From the NCBI GenBank assembly GCA_903957365.1, contig CAJBPB010000286.1, positions 8,046 through 72,045 of the forward strand: 64,000 nucleotides of DNA, in the 5' to 3' direction. Below the pieces are notes generated by a model. The model was not told where the DNA came from, did not search any database, and saw nothing but the letters and a program-made list of their open reading frames with translations. The position numbers and the translations under genes are program-made. How positions within the stretch are numbered: position 1 is the first letter of the stretch; the number at the start of each line of letters is the position of its first letter. This document shows, one piece after another, positions 9,018 to 18,525 of the stretch. This DNA comes from an uncultured Bacteroidota bacterium. Lineage in GTDB: Bacteria > Bacteroidota > Bacteroidia > Bacteroidales > F082.

Positions 9018-10160
9018 ATGAAAATTAAAACAAGTCTTGTATTTTTAATCGCCCTATTTCTCCAAACAGGAGGCTTTTCACAGACCACTATCAGCGGAAG
9101 TTTTATTTTTGATGGTATTGAACGCACTTACCGTGCGTATATTCCCAATATTTATAATCCTTCGCATGCAGTCCCTCTGCTTTTCAATCTGCATGGATTC
9201 GGATCAAATAATTTAGAACAGGAAGTTTATGGTAATTTCAAACCCATCGCGGACACAGCCGGGTTTATTATTGTACATCCCAATGGCACACTCGATGCTC
9301 AAAACAATCGTTTCTGGAATACTTTTGGGACATCAACTGTTGATGATATTGGGTTCCTTTCAGCACTTATTGATACATTAAGTTCAGATTATACGATCGA
9401 CCAGAATCGCATATACTCAACCGGTATGAGTAATGGTGGTTTCATGAGCTACGAACTTGCCTGTAAGTTAAGTGAAAGAATTGCCGCTATTGCTTCAGTT
9501 ACAGGAAGTATGGTTTATGATCATTTCAATTCATGTAATGCCTTACACGCAACCCCGGTGATGGAAATTCATGGAACCGCTGATGGTACAGTGCCTTATA
9601 ATGGAAACGCATTTTTTGTTCCGATTGATGAATTGGTTGCCTATTGGGCACAATACAATAATTGTTCAATGGTTCCTGTCATCACGCAAATACCTGATAT
9701 CGATCCAACAGACGGCTGCACAGCTGAACTTCAGGTATTTAATAATGGCGATTCAGGTTGTCGTGTTGAATTGTTCAAAATTATGGGTGGCGGACATACC
9801 TGGCCTGGCGCTTCTTTTAACATAGGTATTACCAATATGGATTTTAGTGCAAGTGCAGAAATTTGGCGCTTTTTTAGACAATATGATATTAACGGATTAA
9901 TAACAACCGGAATCGATGATGAACTCACCAATATTTCCGAATGTATTGTTTACCCGAATCCTGGTCAGGGGAATTTTTCCATCGACTTTCCGGATCAATC
10001 TGAAAAGGAAATAATTGTTACAAATTGCCTCGGACAAATTGTTACAAGTTTTGCTTGCAATGATGACCATGCGTTCTTTAAAGCAGAAAAAAGTGGAACC
10101 TATTTAGTAAAAGTAATTTCAGGTGATAAAATTACTGTAAGGAAAATAATTAATAATTAG
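9018..10160 (+). CDS. PHB-depolymerase/feruloyl-esterase-family serine esterase with T9SS C-terminal sorting domain
   Basis: Signal peptide. LLFNLHGFGS, nucleophile elbow GMSNGG and HGTADGTVPY motifs. CTD begins VYPNPGQGNFSIDF. Confidence 0.75.
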   Translation: MKIKTSLVFLIALFLQTGGFSQTTISGSFIFDGIERTYRAYIPNIYNPSHAVPLLFNLHGFGSNNLEQEVYGNFKPIADTAGFIIVHPNGTLDAQNNRFWNTFGTSTVDDIGFLSALIDTLSSDYTIDQNRIYSTGMSNGGFMSYELACKLSERIAAIASVTGSMVYDHFNSCNALHATPVMEIHGTADGTVPYNGNAFFVPIDELVAYWAQYNNCSMVPVITQIPDIDPTDGCTAELQVFNNGDSGCRVELFKIMGGGHTWPGASFNIGITNMDFSASAEIWRFFRQYDINGLITTGIDDELTNISECIVYPNPGQGNFSIDFPDQSEKEIIVTNCLGQIVTSFACNDDHAFFKAEKSGTYLVKVISGDKITVRKIINN

Positions 10161-10337
10161 AAATTGTCTTAAATTTATCCTTTGGTATTTTTTTGTGAAT
10201 CAAGCCCTCATACTTCGTTAAAATATCCGTCAATAGCGCTGCTATTAGCGTCAATTTTGCCTCGTCTGAAGACTTAATTCTTCAAAAAACTACTCAAAAA
10301 TAAAATCCAGACAGTTTCTTTGATAGTTATAAAACAC

Positions 10338-10688
10338 CTATTTATTTCTGTTTTCAAATGTATCACAAACTCCATTTTTGTCCGTATCAATAAAGTTGGG
10401 ACCTCTGCCAGCCTGCTTACCACATAATTTACTTTTTTGGCCGGCCTGACATTGGCCATTTCTGTATCTAAATTGTCTGCCTTGTCCATTACAGTTTCCC
10501 TTTCGAAAACAAGAACCACTTTTTACACCATTCTGATAATTATCGCAAACACCATCATTGTTTTTGTCTACAAAACCTGTGGTTTGTTTTCCATTTTCCT
10601 TGACAGGATCTGTAGTTTTATTCTGAGCATTGACAACAATAGTTGTAGCCAGAAGGAAAAAACCTGTTAATAATAATTTGATCTTCAT
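10338..10688 (-). CDS. small secreted Cys/Gly/Gln/Lys/Arg-rich protein with two DxD/NxD/NGVCD motifs
   Basis: 116 aa with a signal peptide (FFLLATTIVVNAQ). Motifs VDKNNDGVCDN and IDTDKNGVCDT flank a 6-Cys basic core. Last gene of the ECF sigma operon, 29 nt after the previous stop. Confidence 0.6.
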   Translation of the reverse strand: MKIKLLLTGFFLLATTIVVNAQNKTTDPVKENGKQTTGFVDKNNDGVCDNYQNGVKSGSCFRKGNCNGQGRQFRYRNGQCQAGQKSKLCGKQAGRGPNFIDTDKNGVCDTFENRNK

Positions 10689-10717
10689 AATTTTAAATTT
10701 TTTAAAACATTTATAAT

Positions 10718-11251
10718 CTATTGATTTCCACGCCCGCCGCGGAATCTGTGCTGTCTGCCACCAGCCTGTCCAAAACTATTTTCTGAATAAAAAAGAGGGG
10801 CCAGCAATTGATGTAAGTTTTCCTCTCTGCCTGAAGGACAAAGATTTTTCAATTGCAGATAGAAATGGCTTGTTTTTATCTTCAGATCTTTGTGTAATTC
10901 ACCAATTTCATTTGAAAACCTGTTACAAACAAGAGTATCTGGCTTTTCTTTTTGTAACTCTACAAACAAACCAGCCCGGTTCATATTCAAACCTGTATGT
11001 ATTTCACGTACCGCTTGTCTGAATTCATTCAAAATTATTTTACAATCATCAGTTTGATTAGCGTTTAACCCAAGTGTTTCAGCAATAATACTATTGTTTA
11101 ACTTAAAATCATTTACCATTAATTGGATAGTATCGTTGGTTTTACCATCCGTCTCAACATGGTATATGATCGTTCCTACTGTGGCAAGATTCATCAGAGC
11201 AAGCACAATCACAGCCCAGATCAATACTGTATTTCGTTTCATTTTTGTCAA
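10718..11251 (-). CDS. periplasmic Spy/CpxP/ZraP-like (LTXXQ-type) sensor/chaperone
   Basis: 177 aa with an N-terminal signal anchor, a helical body with an LNANQ (LTXXQ-like) motif, and a Gly/Arg-rich tail (GGRQHRFRGGRGNQ). Lies 5 nt after the preceding gene. Confidence 0.5.
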   Translation of the reverse strand: MTKMKRNTVLIWAVIVLALMNLATVGTIIYHVETDGKTNDTIQLMVNDFKLNNSIIAETLGLNANQTDDCKIILNEFRQAVREIHTGLNMNRAGLFVELQKEKPDTLVCNRFSNEIGELHKDLKIKTSHFYLQLKNLCPSGREENLHQLLAPLFYSENSFGQAGGRQHRFRGGRGNQ

Positions 11252-11256
11252 TATTG

Positions 11257-11580
11257 TTATTCTCCAATTAATAAATCCAGATTTTCAATCTGTGCATCAT
11301 GCACCATAACACTATATTCATAATAATCAGGAGTGTGACTGTAAATACCGCCCAATCCAATACCAATAGCAATGGACGCTGCGAGACCAATTGTGGCGAC
11401 CGTAATTCGGAAGGCCTTATTCCAAAGGTTTGTTCGGGCAACATGAACTTCCTCTTCCAATGCAGCCATAATTCGCATTATTCCAGATGAATCGGGTTTT
11501 TCAAGCCTTTCTCTACCAATCACATCATCAATTATACTGATGATACTTTCGGAGTGAATTTTGTTCTTGGAATTTTTCAT
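11257..11580 (-). CDS. single-pass membrane protein, putative anti-sigma factor
   Basis: 107 aa with one TM helix (ITVATIGLAASIAIGIGLGGI). Position immediately downstream of an ECF sigma gene. Confidence 0.45.
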   Translation of the reverse strand: MKNSKNKIHSESIISIIDDVIGRERLEKPDSSGIMRIMAALEEEVHVARTNLWNKAFRITVATIGLAASIAIGIGLGGIYSHTPDYYEYSVMVHDAQIENLDLLIGE

Positions 11581-11661
11581 TTTTTCTTGAATTTGACTCT
11601 CTATTATTGAACTGAAAGAAAACTCGTTATCAATTCATTAGACATTCTCGTTTATTTATTC

Positions 11662-12249
11662 TTACGGTTGCATAAAATTTTGTTTATAGTAATCAGTAAG
11701 TTGTTTTCTTAAATTTTCTCTGGCCCGAAACAATAATTGTTCCACTGCTCCGAGTGATAAATTCATAACCAACGCGATTTCCTGTTGTGGCATTTCTTCA
11801 TACTTACTCAGAAGGAATGCGGTTTGTTGTTTTTCCGGAAGCCTGCCAATGGCTTGTTTAATTTTCATTGAATTCTGATCATCAATTAGCTGCTGATCGG
11901 CTTGTCTGATTCCTTGTGACATGGAAGATCCGGATTTTTTCACATCTCTGACTTCAGACATATTAATTCGTAGAAAAAAACGGTTTCTTTCGTTTTTTCG
12001 TTTATAATTCAAACAGGTATTCAGCGTAATCCGATAAATCCAGGTAGAAAAAGCTGCCTGCTGATTAAATGTATCCAATGCCCGAAACGCCTTGATAAAA
12101 GTTTCCTGCATCAAATCGTCCGCATCCTCTTTATAAACAACAAAACCTCGACAAACTCTGAAAACCATCTGTTGGTACTTTTCGACCAAAACTGCAAATG
12201 TATTTTTATCCCCTGAAAGAATGATTTTAATCAGTTCAATATCCGACAT
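11662..12249 (-). CDS. RNA polymerase sigma-70 factor, ECF subfamily
   Basis: 195 aa. Region 2 (DADDLMQETFIKAFRAL...FSTWIYRITLN) and region 4 (LPEKQQTAFLLSKYEEMPQQEIALVMNLSLGAVEQLLFRAR). Confidence 0.9.
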   Translation of the reverse strand: MSDIELIKIILSGDKNTFAVLVEKYQQMVFRVCRGFVVYKEDADDLMQETFIKAFRALDTFNQQAAFSTWIYRITLNTCLNYKRKNERNRFFLRINMSEVRDVKKSGSSMSQGIRQADQQLIDDQNSMKIKQAIGRLPEKQQTAFLLSKYEEMPQQEIALVMNLSLGAVEQLLFRARENLRKQLTDYYKQNFMQP

Positions 12250-12356
12250 CCTAATTTATGTTCTCAATTTCTTTTTAAAGTTAGGCAATCTTAATCACAA
12301 AATCTTACGACAAATTTTCTTCCTTTATAAATAATTCTTTCATAAAAAATCAGGAT

Positions 12357-12393
12357 CAAAAAAAAGTCAGCGAACAATACTTGTCGCTGACTT
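12357..12393 (-). terminator. Rho-independent terminator downstream of gcvP
   Basis: Minus-strand AGTCAGCGA...TCGCTGACT 9-bp stem followed by a run of 8 T, 25 nt after the gcvP stop. Confidence 0.65.
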
Positions 12394-12417
12394 TTCTATA
12401 TCATTAGCTCTTTTGAA

Positions 12418-15300
12418 TTATTTGATATAATCCTCAACCGGTGGACAGGTACAGGTTAAGTTTCGGTCGCCAAAAGCATCGTCGATGCGTGTGACTGGAG
12501 GAAAATACTTGTCAACCAAATCATTTTTCATTGGGAAAGCTGCTTTTTCGCGGCAATAAGGAAAACTCCAATCTGTTCCGGCAACCATTTTCAATGTATG
12601 TGGTGCATTTGAAATTACATTGTTATGTTTAATGGCTTTCCCGTTTTCAATCTCGGCAATCTCTTCTCTTATATAAATCATCGCATCCACAAAACGATCC
12701 ATTTCATTCAGAGGCTCACTCTCGGTTGGTTCAACCATAAGTGTTCCATGAACAGGAAACGCAACTGTAGGTGCATGGAAGCCGTAATCCATCAATCGCT
12801 TCGCAATATCAATAGCCTCAACATCTGCAGTTTTGCTGAATTTATTACAATCGAGAATCATTTCGTGTGCCACATGACCATTGTTTCCGGTATAAAGAAT
12901 TGGAAAGTAATCTTCGAGACGGGCTTTCAAATAATTGGCATTGACGATAGCCATTTCAGTAGCGGTTGTCAATCCTTCGCCACCTAAAAGTTTGATGTAG
13001 CCATAGGAAATAGGTAAAATCATCGCACTTCCGTAAGGTGCCGCGGAAACAGCAGTAATCGCATTGTTACCAACATTTTCGAGCATTGGATGGCCCGGAA
13101 GAAAAGGAACCAGATGTTCGGCAACACCGATTGGTCCGACACCCGGACCACCACCACCATGAGGAATAGCGAATGTTTTATGTAAGTTAAGGTGGCAAAC
13201 ATCTGCACCAATATATCCCGGACTTGTCAATCCAACCTGTGCATTCATATTGGCACCATCCATATAAACCTGTCCTCCTTTAGAATGGATAATTTGCATG
13301 ACATCTCTTATGCCATCTTCGTAAACTCCATGTGTTGATGGATAAGTAACCATCAGACAAGCCAGATTTTCCTTATTTTCAGTAGCTTTGATTTGTAAAT
13401 CAACAAGATCAATATTACCATTTTCATCACATTTCACTACAACAACTTTCATACCGGCCATAACTGCACTGGCTGGATTTGTTCCGTGGGCCGATGATGG
13501 GATCAAACAGATGGTACGGTGTTGTTGTCCAATACTTTGAAGATATGCACGAATAACCAGTAAACCAGCATATTCACCACTTGCCCCTGAATTTGGCTGA
13601 AAAGATATTGCCTTAAAACCGGTTATTTCACATAGATCTTTCGCCAGTGTATCGATGAGTTCAAGATAACCTTGAGCCTGATCTGCAGGCACAAACGGAT
13701 GAATACTAGCAAATTCAGGCCAGCTAAGTGAAAATAATTCCGCTGCGGCATTTAGTTTCATAGTGCATGATCCCAACGGAATCATGGAACGGTTCATTGC
13801 AAGATCCCTGTTTTCGAGTTGTTTCAGATAACGCATCATTTCGGTTTCTGAATGGCAACTATTGAAGACAGGATGTGTCATGAAAGTTGATTTGCGTGAC
13901 ATTGAATCAGGAAAAGTATTCATGATTTCACATTCAGAAGGAATACATACATAGTCAGTATGTGCGACTTTCATCAAACCGGCAACCAATCCTACAATCA
14001 AATTAACGTCGGCCAGTGTAGTGGTTTCATCAAAACTAACTCCAAATAAATTTCCACCACTGTAGCGGAAATTCATGGCAGCTTCTTCAGCAGCGGTTGT
14101 CAATTCTTCAGATGTAACCACAGCGGGTAATTCGAACAACAATGTATCGAAATATGCATTATTCAATTGCTTTACGCCAATGATTGCCATTTCTTTTTCA
14201 AGAACGGCAGCCAGAATATTGATATGACGGGCAATTTGTCTGATTCCTTTTGGTCCATGATAGATAGCATAAAAAGCAGCCATAGAAGCCAGCAATGCCT
14301 GGGCAGTACAGATATTTGATGTAGCTTTTTCACGTTTAATATGCTGTTCGCGGGTTTGTAAAGCCATACGCAAAGCGGGTTTGCCGTTTGCATCCTTTGA
14401 AACACCAATGATTCTTCCGGGAATACCCCTTTTATATTTTTCAGTGACTGCGAAATATCCGGCGTGTGGCCCACCAAATCCCATCGGAACACCAAATCGC
14501 TGTGTAGTTCCTACAACAGCATCGGCTCCCCATTCACCAGGAGGAATCAACAAACTTAAACTTAGCAGATCAGCTGCAACAGCAACCTGAATTTCAAGCG
14601 CTTTCAGTTTCTGAACTAGTGAAGTATAATCTTTCACCAGACCAAATTGATCAGGATACTGTATTAAAAGACCGAAATAACTTTGATCAAAGTCCGCATT
14701 ATCCGCACTACCAACAACCACATCAATTCCTAAAGGAATCGCCCTGGTTTTTATAACATCCAGTGTTTGAGGAAATACTCTGTCAGAAACAAAAAACTTA
14801 TTTATATTTTGCTTTTCCTGCTGACGGCTGCGTGCATTGTAAAACATAATCATCGCTTCCGAAGCGGCAGTAGCTTCATCAAGCAGAGAAGCATTTGCAA
14901 TGGGTAATCCGGTAAGATCGCACACCATTGTCTGAAAATTCAACAACGCCTCAAGCCTGCCCTGAGAAATTTCAGCCTGATAAGGTGTATATGCTGTGTA
15001 CCAGCCTGCATTTTCAAGCACATTACGAGTGATAACTCCAGGTGTAATGGTATTGTAATAGCCCAATCCAATGAAAGATTTATAGAGTTTATTTTTGCCA
15101 GCAAGCTCTTTCAAATGATTGACATATTCGAATTCATTCATTCCCTTGCCAATATTGAGTGGTTTGGGTAAACGGATGTTGGCAGGAACAATTTCATCAA
15201 TCAGTTGCTTCACCGAACTAACACCGATTTTACTAAGCATTTCGGGTAACTGTTCGTCAGATGGACCGATATGACGATGAATAAAGTTATTGGTTATCAT
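12418..15300 (-). CDS. gcvP: glycine dehydrogenase (decarboxylating), glycine cleavage P protein
   Basis: 960 aa, single-chain P protein. FIRRHIGP-like N-terminus (FIHRHIGP) and PLP-lysine context HLNLHKTFAIPHGGGGPG. Confidence 0.97.
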   Translation of the reverse strand: MITNNFIHRHIGPSDEQLPEMLSKIGVSSVKQLIDEIVPANIRLPKPLNIGKGMNEFEYVNHLKELAGKNKLYKSFIGLGYYNTITPGVITRNVLENAGWYTAYTPYQAEISQGRLEALLNFQTMVCDLTGLPIANASLLDEATAASEAMIMFYNARSRQQEKQNINKFFVSDRVFPQTLDVIKTRAIPLGIDVVVGSADNADFDQSYFGLLIQYPDQFGLVKDYTSLVQKLKALEIQVAVAADLLSLSLLIPPGEWGADAVVGTTQRFGVPMGFGGPHAGYFAVTEKYKRGIPGRIIGVSKDANGKPALRMALQTREQHIKREKATSNICTAQALLASMAAFYAIYHGPKGIRQIARHINILAAVLEKEMAIIGVKQLNNAYFDTLLFELPAVVTSEELTTAAEEAAMNFRYSGGNLFGVSFDETTTLADVNLIVGLVAGLMKVAHTDYVCIPSECEIMNTFPDSMSRKSTFMTHPVFNSCHSETEMMRYLKQLENRDLAMNRSMIPLGSCTMKLNAAAELFSLSWPEFASIHPFVPADQAQGYLELIDTLAKDLCEITGFKAISFQPNSGASGEYAGLLVIRAYLQSIGQQHRTICLIPSSAHGTNPASAVMAGMKVVVVKCDENGNIDLVDLQIKATENKENLACLMVTYPSTHGVYEDGIRDVMQIIHSKGGQVYMDGANMNAQVGLTSPGYIGADVCHLNLHKTFAIPHGGGGPGVGPIGVAEHLVPFLPGHPMLENVGNNAITAVSAAPYGSAMILPISYGYIKLLGGEGLTTATEMAIVNANYLKARLEDYFPILYTGNNGHVAHEMILDCNKFSKTADVEAIDIAKRLMDYGFHAPTVAFPVHGTLMVEPTESEPLNEMDRFVDAMIYIREEIAEIENGKAIKHNNVISNAPHTLKMVAGTDWSFPYCREKAAFPMKNDLVDKYFPPVTRIDDAFGDRNLTCTCPPVEDYIK

Positions 15301-15373
15301 ACTTTTAAGTATATTTTATGGTTTGAATTAGATAATTAACAGCGTTAGCAATCCGCCATTTTGTTCGTTGGTA

Positions 15374-15381
15374 CAAAGGTA
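15374..15381 (-). promoter_or_regulatory. -7 promoter box TACCTTTG (minus strand) for gcvP
   Basis: Reverse complement of CAAAGGTA matches TAnnTTTG, ~74 nt upstream of the gcvP ATG. Confidence 0.3.
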
Positions 15382-15583
15382 GAAATTGTTCCTGATATGC
15401 TGGTTAAAAAACAAGTGGTATTGTGAATTTCATAACAGAATTTCACACATCAGAATTAAAGTAATTAAGGTGTATTGAAAATTTTCGTCAGTAAGGTCAC
15501 CGAATTCATGAACTTAAACTTTATGAGGCTATGTATATAAAAATGTGTTAATTTTATTTTTTGAAATATATCCGACAAACCCC

Positions 15584-16171
15584 ATGAATAAGATTGCTCT
15601 CGAAATAGTTGGAATGTCTTACAGTCAGTCCCAAAGCGGATCCTACGCATTGATTTTAGGCGAAACAGGAGGCAGGCGGAGACTACCAATAATCATTGGA
15701 GGCTTTGAAGCACAGGCAATAGCGCTTGGATTGGAAAAACTTCAGCCATCACGTCCTATGACACATGATTTATTAAAAAACATGTTGGTTTTCTATGGGA
15801 TTGAAGTAGTGGAAGTTATTATTCACAAATTTAAGGAAGGTGTTTTTCATGCCTTGTTGGTTTGCAAACAAAATGATGAAATAAGTGAAATTGACGCCCG
15901 GACTTCTGATGCTGTAGCTATTGCAATCCGTTATGAATGTCCGATATTTACTTATCAACATATATTAAATGAAGCGGGCATAACGCTTGAGGAAACAGAA
16001 AATCCTTCTACAACTAATCCGATTGAAGAAGAAGAAGTTGAAGAAAATGAATTTTCAGAATATATTCTATCAGAACTTGAAAGTCTTTTAAATCAAGCGA
16101 TTGAAAATGAAGAATTTGAAAAAGCATCAATAATCCGGGATGAAATTCAACGTCGAAAAAAGAAATTTTGA
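15584..16171 (+). CDS. bifunctional nuclease (BFN/DUF151) family protein with C-terminal UVR motif
   Basis: The track ORF starts at a GTG (15545); the ATG at 15584 gives MNKIALEIVGMSYSQSQSGSYALILGE...RRLPIIIGGFEAQAIAL...RPMTHDL, typical of the BFN domain. C-terminal FEKASIIRDEIQRR is UvrB/C-like. Confidence 0.8.
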   Translation: MNKIALEIVGMSYSQSQSGSYALILGETGGRRRLPIIIGGFEAQAIALGLEKLQPSRPMTHDLLKNMLVFYGIEVVEVIIHKFKEGVFHALLVCKQNDEISEIDARTSDAVAIAIRYECPIFTYQHILNEAGITLEETENPSTTNPIEEEEVEENEFSEYILSELESLLNQAIENEEFEKASIIRDEIQRRKKKF

Positions 16172-16286
16172 TCCTTTGCTTGTACCGTTTTCATTCATTT
16201 CCTTACTTTGTACTGCCGTAGCATCCAGAAAGCAATTTGCTTGATGTTTACGTTTCAAAATCAAAACTTAAACACTAAAAACCTGC

Positions 16287-17111
16287 ATGAAACAATATAT
16301 TGAACTAATTCAACGTGTTCTGAATGAAGGCGTTAAAAAAGAAGACCGGACAGGAACCGGGACTTTAAGCATTTTTGGTCACCAGATGCGGTTTAATCTT
16401 CAGGATGGATTTCCAGCTGTTACTACAAAAAAACTTCATCTCCGTTCAATCATTCATGAGTTACTTTGGTTCATTTCTGGCGATACCAATACTGCCTATT
16501 TGAACGAAAACAAAGTCTCGATATGGAATGAATGGGCAGATGAAAATGGCAATCTCGGGCCTGTTTATGGATCCCAATGGCGCAACTGGAACAATGAAAA
16601 CATTGACCAACTTTCGGAGGTGATCACAAGTATAAAAAATAATCCGGACAGTCGGAGACATATTGTGGCTGCATGGAATCCTTCAGTGTTGCCGCTTCCA
16701 GAAAAAAGTTTTGCTGAAAACGTTGCATCAGGAAAAGCTGCTCTCCCACCCTGCCATGCCTGGTTTCAGTTTTATGTTGCCAATAATAAACTATCGTGCC
16801 AGATGTACCAGCGAAGTGCTGATATTTTCCTTGGAGTACCTTTTAATATTGCCTCTTATGCATTGCTTACGATGATGGTAGCGCAGGTTACAGGATTGGA
16901 GCCCGGTGATTTTATTCTGACTTTTGGAGATGCCCATATTTATTCAAACCACATTGAACAAGTTAAATTGCAAATTAGCAGAGAACCCAGACAATTACCG
17001 ACAATGCGTTTAAATCCGGAAATAATGGATATTTTTGCCTTCAGATTTGAAGATTTTACTCTCGAAAATTATCACCCACACGCACATATCAAAGGAGATA
17101 TTTCAATATAA
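16287..17111 (+). CDS. thyA: thymidylate synthase
   Basis: 274 aa with DRTGTGT and the catalytic-Cys context [12 protein letters not shown]. Confidence 0.97.
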   Translation: MKQYIELIQRVLNEGVKKEDRTGTGTLSIFGHQMRFNLQDGFPAVTTKKLHLRSIIHELLWFISGDTNTAYLNENKVSIWNEWADENGNLGPVYGSQWRNWNNENIDQLSEVITSIKNNPDSRRHIVAAWNPSVLPLPEKSFAENVASGKAALPPCHAWFQFYVANNKLSCQMYQRSADIFLGVPFNIASYALLTMMVAQVTGLEPGDFILTFGDAHIYSNHIEQVKLQISREPRQLPTMRLNPEIMDIFAFRFEDFTLENYHPHAHIKGDISI

Positions 17112-17119
17112 AACAAAGA

Positions 17120-17629
17120 ATGACTGAATCTAAACATACCACAATTTCCATAATTGTCGCTATTGCACAGAACAACGCGATAGGACTGAACAACCAGTTG
17201 CTCTGGCATATATCGAATGATCTGAAAAGATTTAAAAAAATAACTGCCGGACACACTGTCATTATGGGAAAAAAAACACTTGAATCTTTACCTTCCGGTC
17301 CATTGCCCAAGCGCAGAAACATTATTTTAAGTGATATTCCAAATGATGTGATTGAAGGTTGTGAAACAGTTAATTCTATTCAGGCGGCACTCAATCTTGT
17401 GAAAAATGAGGATGAAGTTTTTGTGATAGGTGGCGGATCCGTTTATCGCCAATTTCTTCCTCTGGCCCATAAGTTGTATCTGACGATAATTGAAAAAGAC
17501 TTCGATGCTGATACTTTTTTTCCTGAAATACCGTTTAATGATTGGGAATCTATTGAAAAAGAAATAGTTAATAATGATCCCCAGAATAATTTTGTTTATA
17601 GATTTGAAACTTACATTAGAAAACCCTAA
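17120..17629 (+). CDS. folA: dihydrofolate reductase
   Basis: 169 aa. ISIIVAIAQNNAIGLNNQLLWH, VIMGKKTLESLP and VIGGGSVY motifs. Lies 8 nt after thyA. Confidence 0.95.
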   Translation: MTESKHTTISIIVAIAQNNAIGLNNQLLWHISNDLKRFKKITAGHTVIMGKKTLESLPSGPLPKRRNIILSDIPNDVIEGCETVNSIQAALNLVKNEDEVFVIGGGSVYRQFLPLAHKLYLTIIEKDFDADTFFPEIPFNDWESIEKEIVNNDPQNNFVYRFETYIRKP

Positions 17630-17630
17630 A

Positions 17631-18485
17631 ATGAGAAAACTGATTTTTTTTATTTCCATATTAATTGTACTCATATATTCGTTTTCAGCATGTAAAGACA
17701 AGAATACCGAAGTCAATTACCAGCACCAACTCAATAGTGTACACAATATCAGCTTGTTGCAGCATACAATAAGTGAAGTAACTACAACTTATATAAAAGC
17801 TATCAATGACTCTTTGCTCATCGCATCAAACAATTCAATCTTTGAAGGATGTTACCTTAGATTAAACACAAGTGGTACCATTGATACACTCTTTATGGAT
17901 TACGGAACTGGTAGCTTCGTCCACGACAGATGGCTTCAGGGTGTAATCAGTGTTGAGATATCTGGAGGAGTAAATGCTGTAGGATCAACTGCTGTCTTTA
18001 ATTTTAAAACTTTTACTTGCGATTATACACCTAAAAATACTGTTTCTTCAGAATTTTGTACAGTAATACTTGAGAATAAAACAACTTCTTCCATTTCTTA
18101 CATTCAGGAATTTACAAACTTCAAAAGCACCACAGATACTGTTGACAATAATTGGGCAGCCATGTCGGGTCAAAATTCATATGATTACATAAAATCTGGT
18201 GACTCTGAGTATTATGCTGTGGATGATACCATTTCGATCAGCACAACTTGCAACTATATTGATTATGCAGGGCGAATATTATCGTGTGCTTCAACCACAC
18301 CTTCACAATTGCAGAAAGATTGCTCATACCTTACCTATGGAAAATCGCAGATAGATATTTCGTCACCCGTTGTATCTTCCGGGACACTGATTTGTAACGA
18401 AACACCAAAAATTTGTATGTCGCGTTTCAGATTTGAAATGGATAGCGATTTATTCGAATTTGAACAGCAATGGCTGGTGAAGTAA
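17631..18485 (+). CDS. Cys-rich lipoprotein of unknown function
   Basis: The ATG at 17631 is 1 nt after the folA stop. Lipobox SFSAC (MRKLIFFISILIVLIYSFSACKD), with nine further Cys in the mature part. No family recognised. Confidence 0.55.
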   Translation: MRKLIFFISILIVLIYSFSACKDKNTEVNYQHQLNSVHNISLLQHTISEVTTTYIKAINDSLLIASNNSIFEGCYLRLNTSGTIDTLFMDYGTGSFVHDRWLQGVISVEISGGVNAVGSTAVFNFKTFTCDYTPKNTVSSEFCTVILENKTTSSISYIQEFTNFKSTTDTVDNNWAAMSGQNSYDYIKSGDSEYYAVDDTISISTTCNYIDYAGRILSCASTTPSQLQKDCSYLTYGKSQIDISSPVVSSGTLICNETPKICMSRFRFEMDSDLFEFEQQWLVK

Positions 18486-18525
18486 ATAAAAATTCATAAG
18501 TTATAATAGACTTAGGTTCAATATT

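Noticed and set aside
10225-10250. Small hairpin (AATAGC-GCT-GCTATT) between the convergent esterase and Cys-rich protein genes, as a bidirectional terminator.
   Set aside because: The stem is only 6 bp with a 3-nt loop and no flanking T or A runs, which is too weak to call.
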